This document shows, in pieces, positions 30,504 to 39,211 of a stretch of 64,000 bases of DNA. How positions within the stretch are numbered: position 1 is the stretch's first letter; the number at the start of each line of letters is the position of its first letter. Where the stretch lies: NCBI GenBank assembly GCA_963695095.1, contig CAVOFT010000001.1, forward strand, positions 672,001 through 736,000. Reading direction: 5' to 3'. A program made the translations under genes and the position numbers. This stretch comes from an uncultured bacterium (lineage in GTDB: Bacteria; Krumholzibacteriota; Krumholzibacteriia; JACNKJ01). The notes under the pieces are model-generated. The model was not told the origin of the DNA. It did not search any database and worked only from the letters and a program-made list of their open reading frames with translations.

Positions 30504-31112
30504 TCAGTACAGAGCCTTGATGGCGCCCAGGCTCGTCTTCGCGCCTGCCACAGGGATGAACTCGCGCGTGCCGTTGGGTTGCCAGGCCCAGTCGAGGGTG
30601 AGCGATGCGGCGTCCAGCGCGGTAACCGCGAACTTGACGGCCGTGGTCTCGGGGGCCGCGCCGGCCTGCACCTGAAGCAGAGCGTAGGCGTGCCCCAGCG
30701 CCGCCGTGGCGAAGCTGACGAGCGGCAGGGGCGCGCCCTCCTCGTCGAGCATGTCGGCCACTTCGCCCAGCGGGCGCTGGCCGAGATCGGCGATGAGCGG
30801 CTGATCGAGCAGGTAGAGGGGATCCTCCGGCGCCCGCAGCCAGTGGGCGGGCTCGCCGGGGGCCAACTCCACGAAGAGCAGATCGGCCGCGCCGGCCCTC
30901 ACGAGTCCCAGGTAGTCGCGCAGGCTGTCGACGCTGCCCGTGGCGAAGTCGATGCCCTGGATGCGTCCGCCGCCCGTGATGCTGTCCTGCGTGGCAAGCC
31001 GCAGCGTGGCCGTGCCCGAGGGCAGGCCCCAGGGATCGAGGTAGTCCGCGCGCGGGGCACCGGTCGCCGCAAGGGCGAGCAGCGCGCACGCGGCGAGGGC
31101 GACCCGGCGCAT
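30504..31112 (-). CDS. Secreted hypothetical protein with C-terminal TSLGAIKALY tail
   Basis: MRRVALAACALLALAATGAPRA signal; coupled (TGATG) to upstream lipoprotein gene. Confidence 0.7.
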   Translation of the reverse strand: MRRVALAACALLALAATGAPRADYLDPWGLPSGTATLRLATQDSITGGGRIQGIDFATGSVDSLRDYLGLVRAGAADLLFVELAPGEPAHWLRAPEDPLYLLDQPLIADLGQRPLGEVADMLDEEGAPLPLVSFATAALGHAYALLQVQAGAAPETTAVKFAVTALDAASLTLDWAWQPNGTREFIPVAGAKTSLGAIKALY

Positions 31113-32713
31113 CAGAAGCCCTCCACGGGGAGCAGGGGATCGCTCTCGCAGTTGTCGAAGGCGCCGATCCCGCCGCAGGCGCCGCCGAGGGCGGGGCTCG
31201 CCGCCTCCACGCGCCAGTCGCCGGCATCGGGATCGCAGAACAGCGGATCGGCGGCGAGGTCGCTCGCGCCCGGCGCGAGGCCGCCGTAGTCGCCCGCCCC
31301 GTTGTCCCAGAGCAGGTTGCAGTCGAGCTGGGGCGCGCTGCCGGACTGCACGAAGAAGCCCCAGCTCCCGCCGGCGAGGAGCGAGCGCTCGACGGCGAAG
31401 GCCCCCGCGCCGCTGAAGAAGGCGCCCGCCACGGCGGACTCCACCAGGGTGGCAGCGGCCACCCGTCCGCGCGCGCCCTGGCGCAGCCAGAGGCCGTACC
31501 AACCCGATTGGGCAACCAGGATGCCCTCTGCTTCGAGGCTTCCTCCCGCCATCGACACGCCATGCGCGCAGCGCTGCACGACGCAGCGCTCGAGGATGAG
31601 GCTGTCCCCCGCGGCGCCCTCGACGAAGATGCCCGGCCCGCCGCAGTCGGCAATGCGCGTGTCGGCGAGGCGAAGGCTCGAGCCATCCAGCGCGATGCCG
31701 GCCTCGCTGGCGCCGGTGATGACCAGGCCCAAGAGTCGCGTGGCGCCGCTGCGTCCGGCGAGATAGATGCCCGTCTTGTTGTCGCCCTGGGCGGCGTCGA
31801 TCGTCACCGGGCCGCGGCCGGGGAAGGGCGCGAGAAGGAGGTCGGCCGCGTCCAGGCGCAGCGCGGCGCTGCCGCCGCCGGGCAGCTCCTGATGGGCCAG
31901 CGCATAGCTGGACCGCCAGAGCAGCAGGCTGTCCACGCCGGCGCCCGCGCAGTAGTCCACGGCGGCCTGCAGCTCGGTGTAGAGCGCGCCCGCGTGCACG
32001 CCGGGCAGCAGGAGCAGGCTGGTGGGCGCCACGGTCAGGGTGAGCTGGTTCTCGATGTCCGGATGGATGAAGAGCGTGTCCGGATAGCCCGCGAAGACGG
32101 GAGTGGCGCCGGGCGGGCTGGCGCCCTGATGGCTCGCGGTGGCGAAGGCGAGCAGGATCTTCTCGCCCCAGCTCAGCTCCGCGAAGTGGTGCTCGCTGGC
32201 GGGCGTCTCGAGCGTGTCCACGCCGAGGACCGCCAGGGGCATGGCCACCGGCGCGCCCGCCAGATCCACGATCGAAACGCGCAGGGAGCCGCTGCGCTCG
32301 ATGACCGGCACCGCGAGCCGGCGCGTGACCGGGCTGTCGTCGTCCAGGTCCCGCACCTGCACGCTGAATCGCACCGAATCGATGCCCGCGAAGCTGGCCG
32401 GCGCCAGCCAGACGACCGAGTCGGCGTTGGCGATGTTGCCCAGCCAGCTGCCCTGGTTGTTGGCGCTCCAGCTGTAGCGCAGGGGATCCTCGTCGGGGTC
32501 CGTGGCCTCGACGCTGAGCGTGAAGCTGCCCAGCGGCGCCAGCGCCGCGGGTGGCGGGTCCATCGCGATCTCGCCGACGACCGGAAAGCGGTTCTCGGGC
32601 AGGTCCTGCATGTCCAGGCTGCAGGCGGCGGCAAGCAGCAGGGCCGCGGCCCCGGCGGCAATCCGGAGGCCGCCCCCGGGGGCGGAGCGCAGCGGCATTC
32701 GGCGTCTCTTCAT
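31112..32713 (-). CDS. Lipoprotein with Ig/PKD-like domain and right-handed beta-helix
   Basis: Lipobox LAAAC; ATDPDEDPLRYSW; beta-helix repeats; DPLFC...SP...C..IGA cap. Confidence 0.72.
   Translation of the reverse strand: MKRRRMPLRSAPGGGLRIAAGAAALLLAAACSLDMQDLPENRFPVVGEIAMDPPPAALAPLGSFTLSVEATDPDEDPLRYSWSANNQGSWLGNIANADSVVWLAPASFAGIDSVRFSVQVRDLDDDSPVTRRLAVPVIERSGSLRVSIVDLAGAPVAMPLAVLGVDTLETPASEHHFAELSWGEKILLAFATASHQGASPPGATPVFAGYPDTLFIHPDIENQLTLTVAPTSLLLLPGVHAGALYTELQAAVDYCAGAGVDSLLLWRSSYALAHQELPGGGSAALRLDAADLLLAPFPGRGPVTIDAAQGDNKTGIYLAGRSGATRLLGLVITGASEAGIALDGSSLRLADTRIADCGGPGIFVEGAAGDSLILERCVVQRCAHGVSMAGGSLEAEGILVAQSGWYGLWLRQGARGRVAAATLVESAVAGAFFSGAGAFAVERSLLAGGSWGFFVQSGSAPQLDCNLLWDNGAGDYGGLAPGASDLAADPLFCDPDAGDWRVEAASPALGGACGGIGAFDNCESDPLLPVEGF
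32670..32685. repeat. 16-bp palindrome CCGCCCCCGGGGGCGG, copy 2
   Basis: Identical to 13139-13154 and 45301-45316; lies near the gene start. Confidence 0.45.
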
Positions 32714-32782
32714 GGCTCTGGGATGATAGACTATGCGGACCTCGATCCCAACCCCAAGTCCCCGCCCAGGGAGCGCCGCGCC

Positions 32783-34082
32783 ATGCCCTCGGACCCCGCC
32801 CTCCTCCTCGCGCGCCTCGCCGGGCCCGATGGCCGTGCGCTGGAGGCCGCGCTGGCGGCCGGCGATCCGGCGGAGCGGGGCTCGCCGCGGGCGGTGGCCG
32901 CCCTGCGCCGCCTGGCGGATGCCGAGCTGGTGGCCCTGGCCCTGCGCCTGGATGCCGCCCGCGATCGCCAGCATCTGAAGTTCCCGCCCGACGAAGCCCC
33001 TGCGCTTCACGCCCGAGCTGCTCGAGCAGGCGAGCAGCCATCCGGTGGCGAGGCATCGCGCCCAGCGCCTGGCGCCCCTGGGTCCGGTGCTCGACCTGGG
33101 CTGCGGCGCGGGCGGGGATCTCACCCGCCTCGCGGCGGCCGGGGCCGCGGTCACGGGCCTGGAGGCCGATCCCCTGGCGGCGGCCCTGGCCCGCGCCAAC
33201 CTCGCCGCCCTCGGCCTGGCCGGCGAGGTCATCACCGGGCGCTACCCGGAGACGGCCCTGCCGCCGCATCGCGCGCTCTACATCGATCCCGCGCGGCGCG
33301 CGGGTGGCCGGCGGCACCGGGATCCCCGCGCCTTCTCGCCGGCGCCGGCCCTGATCGCGCCGCTCCTGGCCCGAGCCGAGGCCTGGTGCCTCAAGTGGGG
33401 GCCGGCCCTGCCCCTGGACGCCGCTGCGCTGTCCGGCCCGGCCGGGCCACTCGCCGGCCTCGGCGCCGGCGACTGGGAGCTGGAGACCGTGTCCTGGCGG
33501 GGCGATCTGCGCGAGGCGCTGCTCTGGGGCGGCGCGGCCCGCCGTGGCGCCCCGCGCCAGGCCACGCTGCTGCAAGGCGACCTGCGCGACACGCGCCCGC
33601 TCAGCTATGCCGCCCCGCCGGGCGAGGCCGCTTCGCCGCCGCCCGCGGCGCCGCCGGGCGGGGGCGAGTCCGGCTGGGTGCACGAGCCCGATCCGGCTCT
33701 CATCCGCGCGGGCCTCGTCGACGCCTTCGCCCGCGAGCACGCGCTCGCCCCCCTGGCCCCGGACATCGCCTACCTGGCCGGCGAGGCCGTGGCCAGCCCC
33801 TTCCTGCGCCGCTGGCGCATTCTGGAGATCCTGCCGCTCAGCCTCGGCGGATTGCAGGCCGCCCTGGACCGGCACGGGGCGGGGCCCATCGTCCTGAAGA
33901 AGCGCGGCTTCCCGCTGGATCCGGAGACCCTGCGCCCGCGCCTGGTCGGTCGCGGCGAGCGACCCGTGACCGTGCTCATCTATCGGGATGGGCGAGATGG
34001 GCGCGATCGGGCGCTCGCCGCGCCGGGGCGAGCACTGGGTCTGCCTCGGCGCCGCGGAAGGGTGTTCGTTACACGAAGGTGA
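32783..34082 (+). CDS. Class I SAM-dependent methyltransferase with THUMP-like C-terminus (indel near 32995)
   Basis: KFP..FTPELLEQAS..VARHRA, DLGCGAGGD, YIDPARR, EPDPALIRAGLV. Confidence 0.8.
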
Positions 34083-34181
34083 CAGTTCATGAAAAATCGT
34101 TTCAACAAAACGGCGTTTCCCGTTATGTGTTGAGAACCAGCGGCGCCCGACAACTCGTCACCCCCGCCTTGTGAGGAATCG

Positions 34182-35567
34182 ATGACTCTCGTCAACCCGA
34201 GCATCCTCCTGGTCGACCCCAACGGCGTGCTCATCATGCGTTGGGCCGAGACCCTGGCCGCTGATTATCAGGTCGAAACCTCCCGCAGCATCGAGGACAC
34301 GCTGGCCCAGCTCGGCGAGTGGCTGCCCGAGTTCCTCATCGTGCACGTGGAGCTGCGCAGCGCGGGCCCCCTGCTCGACGGCCTCGAGCGCCTCCTGCTC
34401 ACGCAGACGGAGCTGCCCGTGATCGCCCTGCTCGGCGAGGGCCTGCCGCCCGACCAGCGCCTGCGCGCCCTGCGCCAGCCGATCTTCGCGCACCTGGAGG
34501 CCGACTGCCCGGTGGAAGAGCTGCGCATCGTCTTGCGCCGGGCCGGCGAGCAGGAGCGGCGGCGGCAGGAGCGGCTCTACCTGCGCCAGCATCAGCTCGA
34601 CCTGGACGTCTACGAGATGGGCGGCAGCCTGGGCGCCCTGCACGAGGAGATCCAGCGCGCCGCGGCCACGGAGCTGGGCGTGCTCATCTACGGCAGTCCC
34701 GGCAGCGGACGGCGCGAGGTGGCCAAGAAGATCCATCTGCTCAGCCGCCGCGCCCGCGAGCCCTTCGTCAGCTTCAATCCGACCGGACTCTCCATCGAGG
34801 ACTGCCGCGTGCGCCTCTTCGGCCGCGAGGGCCGCGATGGCCTGCGCCGCCGCGGCCTGCTCGAGACGGCCCACGGGGGCACCCTGCTGCTGGAGTCCGT
34901 GGGGCAGTTGCCGCGCAGCGTGCAGTCCGAACTACACCGGGCGCTCTTCGAGGGCCGCACGACGCGCGTGGGCAGCATCCATCCGCTGCCGCTGGACCTG
35001 CGGCCCCTGGCCACCGCGGGCCCGGAGCTGCTGGAGGCCGCGCGCGAGGGCGAGTTCCACGGCGAGCTGTTCGGCCTCCTGCACGTCTACTCGCTGGCCG
35101 TGCCCTCGCTCGATCAGCGCCGCGAGGACATTCCCTCGCTGGTGCGCGGCTACCTGCGTCGCTTCGGCCGCCGCCATGGCCGGCCCGAGCTGGACATCGA
35201 GCCCGAGGTGGAGTCCTTCCTCATGCGCCGCAGCTGGCGGGGCAGCCTGCAGGAGCTGAGCCGCAGCGTGGAGCTGGCCGTGCTGCGCGCGGAGGGCCGC
35301 GCGCTCAGCTTGCAGGACTTCGGCGTCAACGGCCTGGATGTCGAGGTCCTGCCGCTGGAGTACCGGCAGGCGAAGAAGATGGCGGAGCTCGACTTCAAGC
35401 GCCGCTTCTTCTCGCGGCTGCTGCGGATCACGAGCGGCAAGGTGACGGCCGCCGCCAAGCTCGCCGAGGTGCCGCGGCCCAGCCTCTCGACGATGCTGAA
35501 GGACGTGAGCCTGTCGCCCAGCGCCTTCAAGCCGGCGCGGGCCAGCCGCAGGGCGGCCGCTCGCTAG
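34182..35567 (+). CDS. Degenerate NtrC/Fis-family regulator (pseudo-receiver, pseudo-AAA+, Fis HTH)
   Basis: Receiver-like N-terminus; VLIYGSPGSGR, PFVSFN, AHGGTLLL, PSLDQRREDIP; C-terminal HTH; key catalytic motifs altered. Confidence 0.8.
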   Translation: MTLVNPSILLVDPNGVLIMRWAETLAADYQVETSRSIEDTLAQLGEWLPEFLIVHVELRSAGPLLDGLERLLLTQTELPVIALLGEGLPPDQRLRALRQPIFAHLEADCPVEELRIVLRRAGEQERRRQERLYLRQHQLDLDVYEMGGSLGALHEEIQRAAATELGVLIYGSPGSGRREVAKKIHLLSRRAREPFVSFNPTGLSIEDCRVRLFGREGRDGLRRRGLLETAHGGTLLLESVGQLPRSVQSELHRALFEGRTTRVGSIHPLPLDLRPLATAGPELLEAAREGEFHGELFGLLHVYSLAVPSLDQRREDIPSLVRGYLRRFGRRHGRPELDIEPEVESFLMRRSWRGSLQELSRSVELAVLRAEGRALSLQDFGVNGLDVEVLPLEYRQAKKMAELDFKRRFFSRLLRITSGKVTAAAKLAEVPRPSLSTMLKDVSLSPSAFKPARASRRAAAR

Positions 35568-35613
35568 GGCGGGCCTTGTCAAGCTCGGGGGCGCTGGCCG
35601 ATACTCGGATCCC

Positions 35614-37641
35614 GTGAAGCTGCCTGCTCGACTCCGCCTGCGGCCTGGACAGCTCCTGCCCCTGCTCCTGGGCCTGCTGCTCCTGCCGCTGCTTTTTCGT
35701 CTGCCCGCCGATGCCGAGCGCCTCGTGCCCGCGAGCCTGGAGCGGCTCTTTGTTCCCGGCCTCGCTGAACGCCTCGCGCCGCACGGCGGGGCGGGCGGTC
35801 GCGCGCTGGTGCTCGATCTCCAGGGCCCGGGCCGCGACGCCCTGCGCCGCAGCCTCGAGCAGCGGCTGGCCGCGCTCGCGGCGGCGGCAGCCCCCGCGGG
35901 CGAAGCGGCGCCGGCGCGGATGCCCCTGCACCTCTCCCTCGCCTGGACGGTGAGCGGCCATGAGCTGCAGCTCGCGCGGCAGCATCCGCAGCCTGAACCT
36001 GGAGACCTTCGTCCAGGAGCGCTACCGCCTGCCCGGCGGCGAGAGCCTGCTGCCGCCCCTGGTCGCCATCGCGCTGGCCTTCGCCTTCCGCAACACGCTG
36101 CTCTGCCTGCTCGCAGGGATCTGGGTGGGAGCGACCGCCATCGTCGGCGGCAATCCCCTCGTCGGCCTGTTCTGGGTGGGCTACGAGGGCATCCTGCGCC
36201 ACGCGCTCCTGGACCGCTTCCGCCTCGAGATCCTGGTCTTCATCTTCGGGCTGGTGGGCACCGTGGGCATCATGAGCCGCATGGGCGGCGTGGCGGGCAT
36301 GCTCGCGGCCGCCGGCCGCGCCGTGCGCGGCGTGCGCTCGCACGCAGCTCTTCACCTCGGCGATGGGCCTGCTCATCTTCTTCGACGACTACGCCAATAC
36401 CATCCTGGTCGGGCACGACGATGCGCCCCCTCACCGACCGCTGGCGCGTGAGCCGCGAGCGCCTGGCCTACCTGGTGGACTCGACGGCCGCGCCGGTGGC
36501 CGGCCTCAGCGCCCTGTCCACCTGGGTGGCCTACGAGATGAGCCTCTACGCCGATCAGCTCCCGGCGGCGGGCATCCATCAGGACGCCTACATCATCTTC
36601 CTGCGCACGCTGCCCTTCCGCTTCTACTCGATCTTCACGCTCACGCTGCTCCTGATGGGCGCGGCGATGGACCGCAGCTTCGGGCCCATGCTGGCGGCCG
36701 AGCGGCGCGCGCGCGGCGGCGCCGTCAGTCCGGATGTCGAAAGCCGCGGCCGGGCCGAGCGCCTCAGCGAGCGCGCCCTGCGCCGCACGGAGGCCAAGCC
36801 GGGCCTGCCCGCGCGCTGGATCAACGCCGCGCTGCCGCTGGGCCTCATCGTCCTCGTCACCGTGCTGCTCATGTTCCACTTCGGCGACAGCGAGGGGCGC
36901 GGCCTGGCCGCGCTGGCGGACATCGGCTACCTGCGCGAGACCGTGCTCGCCGGCACCCAGAGCTCGCGCGCGCTGGCCTGGGCCTCGCTGGTCGGCTTCG
37001 TGGCCGCGCTCCTGCTTGCCCGCGGGCAGCGACTGCTCGGCTGGCGCGAGGGCCTGGCGGCCGGCGTCGGCAACTTCCAGGCCATGCTGGAGGCGGTGGG
37101 CATCCTCGTCCTCGCCTGGACGATGGGCAAGGTCTGCGCGGAGCTCGGCACCAGCGAGGCCCTGATCGGCGCCACGGGCGGGCGGCTCGCCGAGGCGGCG
37201 CTCGCCTTTCCCGTGCTGCTCTTCCTGACCGGCGCGGCCGTGTCCTTCGCGACGGGCAGCTCCTGGAGCACGATGGCGATCCTCTTGCCCAACGTGGTGG
37301 TGCTCGCGGCGCACCTGGGTGCGCACACGGCCCTGGGCAGCGAGGGGTTGCTCCTGCTTTCCATCGGCGCCGTGCTGGAGGGAAGCATCTTCGGCGATCA
37401 CTGCTCGCCGATCAGCGACACGACCGTGCTCTCGAGCGTGGCCAGCGGTTGCCCGCACATGGCCCACGTGCGCACGCAGATGCCGATTGCGCTGGTGGCG
37501 CTGGCGATCTCGCTCGGCGCGGGCTACCTGCCCGTCGCCCTCGGCCTGCCGGCCTGGGCAGCGCTGGCCATCGGTGCGGTGGCGGCCTTCGGCTTCCTGC
37601 GCCTCGTCGGGCGCGTGCCGGTCGCAGCGACCGCGCGCTGA
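35614..37641 (+). CDS. Na+/H+ antiporter NhaC family protein (indels near 35980 and 36360-36420)
   Basis: SLLPPLVAI, IFFDDYAN, LAYLVDSTAAP, FATGSSWSTM, FGDHCSPISDTT..HVRTQ. Confidence 0.85.
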   Translation: MKLPARLRLRPGQLLPLLLGLLLLPLLFRLPADAERLVPASLERLFVPGLAERLAPHGGAGGRALVLDLQGPGRDALRRSLEQRLAALAAAAAPAGEAAPARMPLHLSLAWTVSGHELQLARQHPQPEPGDLRPGALPPARRREPAAAPGRHRAGLRLPQHAALPARRDLGGSDRHRRRQSPRRPVLGGLRGHPAPRAPGPLPPRDPGLHLRAGGHRGHHEPHGRRGGHARGRRPRRARRALARSSSPRRWACSSSSTTTPIPSWSGTTMRPLTDRWRVSRERLAYLVDSTAAPVAGLSALSTWVAYEMSLYADQLPAAGIHQDAYIIFLRTLPFRFYSIFTLTLLLMGAAMDRSFGPMLAAERRARGGAVSPDVESRGRAERLSERALRRTEAKPGLPARWINAALPLGLIVLVTVLLMFHFGDSEGRGLAALADIGYLRETVLAGTQSSRALAWASLVGFVAALLLARGQRLLGWREGLAAGVGNFQAMLEAVGILVLAWTMGKVCAELGTSEALIGATGGRLAEAALAFPVLLFLTGAAVSFATGSSWSTMAILLPNVVVLAAHLGAHTALGSEGLLLLSIGAVLEGSIFGDHCSPISDTTVLSSVASGCPHMAHVRTQMPIALVALAISLGAGYLPVALGLPAWAALAIGAVAAFGFLRLVGRVPVAATAR

Positions 37642-37678
37642 TCGCGCGGGGCCGCGCCGGCTGCGGGGATGGGGGGGC

Positions 37679-37707
37679 TTGCAAATCGGATGGTTTCGGT
37701 CTACTTT
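37679..37707 (+). promoter_or_regulatory. Putative sigma70 promoter
   Basis: TTGCAA-17 bp-TACTTT. Confidence 0.45.
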
Positions 37708-37761
37708 GTGTGAGTGTGAGAGAGAATGATTTCCACGATGCCTGCGTCGGGAGGAGAGTGC

Positions 37762-38286
37762 ATGGAAGCGACTCTGGGCAAGCGGAGCGGGCTGCGCCCG
37801 ATCCTGATTGTCGCCGCCGTCCTGATCGTGATCGGATTCATCGGCTTCCTCGTCCTGCAGGGCCAGCACGGCAAGGCCTTGAAAGCCCAGCACGACCGTG
37901 CGGCAGCGACCGCCTCCGAGATGGCGATCGATCTGACGCGCGTCTTGGCGACCACGATTGCCGATGACGCCGCTCGCCTCGAGCACGCGATGCTCGACAT
38001 GCAGCTGGCAACTGTCGTGCGCGGCCGCCACGTGGCCGCCGTGGTCGTTCTCAACCCCAGCGGCGAAGTGCTGGCGACCACCGATCAGCGCTGGGCCGGC
38101 CGCACCCTGGACGACGCCGAGACGATGGCGGCCATGGCCGTCAACGAGGCGACCGTGATGCCCGCCGCTCCGGTGCCGGGCCAGATCGAGGTGGCAGCAC
38201 CTCTCTTCGTGGGCCCCGATCGGCTCGGGACCGTGCGCGTTTTCGTCGACCTCGGTGAGTTTGGTCCGTCGAGTTCCTCGAAGTAA
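37762..38286 (+). CDS. Single-pass membrane protein with periplasmic sensor-like domain
   Basis: N-terminal TM; VVVLNPSGEVLATTD and APLF..LGTVRV resemble Cache/PDC folds; GGAGGAG RBS. Confidence 0.55.
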   Translation: MEATLGKRSGLRPILIVAAVLIVIGFIGFLVLQGQHGKALKAQHDRAAATASEMAIDLTRVLATTIADDAARLEHAMLDMQLATVVRGRHVAAVVVLNPSGEVLATTDQRWAGRTLDDAETMAAMAVNEATVMPAAPVPGQIEVAAPLFVGPDRLGTVRVFVDLGEFGPSSSSK

Positions 38287-38300
38287 CTGGAGGCTCAATC

Positions 38301-38501
38301 ATGTCCGGACTCGCTTTCCTGCTTGCGCTCATCGCACTCGTGGTAGCCGTGCTCGCCTACCGGCGCACGGGCGGCGTCCAGGAGCTCAACAGCCGTATCG
38401 AGACGCTTTCGGCCAACGCGGGCCCGCTCCGCGACAAGGCGGCCGACACGCTCGAGCGCTTGAGCGACGCCGTCAGACAGAAGAAGCAGGACCCGGAATA
38501 G
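38301..38501 (+). CDS. Small membrane protein with amphipathic tail
   Basis: GGAGG RBS, one TM, helical C-terminus. Confidence 0.6.
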   Translation: MSGLAFLLALIALVVAVLAYRRTGGVQELNSRIETLSANAGPLRDKAADTLERLSDAVRQKKQDPE

Positions 38502-38632
38502 AACACCGGGTTCCCGCATCGACCCGATCCGCGGGGCCGATGGGCCTGCCCAATCAGCGCTACTCGCTCTCGTGCCCTCGTCCGACCAGGGATCGCGCGC
38601 AGGGGTGGCGCATTGCCTGCGGAGCCGCACCC

Positions 38633-39178
38633 ATGAAACGATGTCTAGGCCTCGGCATCTTCAAGACCGCGATCCTGCTTGCCTGCCTGGCCGCGCCCGC
38701 GCTTGTCGCCGGCGCCGAAGACTTGGCGACAAGCGGAGCCCGCCGGGACTTCGCCGGCGATCTCCAGCGCGTGGCGCGTCTCACGGGTGAGCCCGGCGCC
38801 GTCCGCGCGGAAGCCGGGCGCTTCATCCTGGCGCTCGAGGGTCCGCTCACCTTCACCAACGGCCAGCGCGAACTCGATCTCGCCTCGCGGGAGACGCTGC
38901 GCCGGGTAGCCGCCCTGTTGCTGCTGCACCCGGGCGCGCGGGCCGCGCTCGAAGGCCACAGCGACGATCGCGGCGATGCGGAGCGGAACCGGCTGCTGAG
39001 CCTGGGCCGCGCCGCCGTCGTCCGCGACGAATTGCGGCGCCTGGGCGTGCCGGCCGCGCGCCTGCGCATCGAAGGCTTTGGCGAGTCCCGCCCCCGCGCC
39101 GATAATGGCAGCGCGAGCGGGCGCGCGCTCAACCGGCGCGTCGAGATCCGATTCACGCTCGACGCGCCCGCACGCTGA
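38633..39178 (+). CDS. OmpA family peptidoglycan-binding protein
   Basis: Signal peptide; LEGHSDDRG..NRLLSLGRA..GFGESRP..NRRVEI. Confidence 0.88.
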   Translation: MKRCLGLGIFKTAILLACLAAPALVAGAEDLATSGARRDFAGDLQRVARLTGEPGAVRAEAGRFILALEGPLTFTNGQRELDLASRETLRRVAALLLLHPGARAALEGHSDDRGDAERNRLLSLGRAAVVRDELRRLGVPAARLRIEGFGESRPRADNGSASGRALNRRVEIRFTLDAPAR

Positions 39179-39211
39179 GAACCGCAAGGTCGGTCTCTCG
39201 CGAGGAGGAAC

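Noticed and set aside
30504..33875. 1123-aa minus-strand ORF
   Set aside because: Shadow frame; only 30504-31112 looks like a real protein
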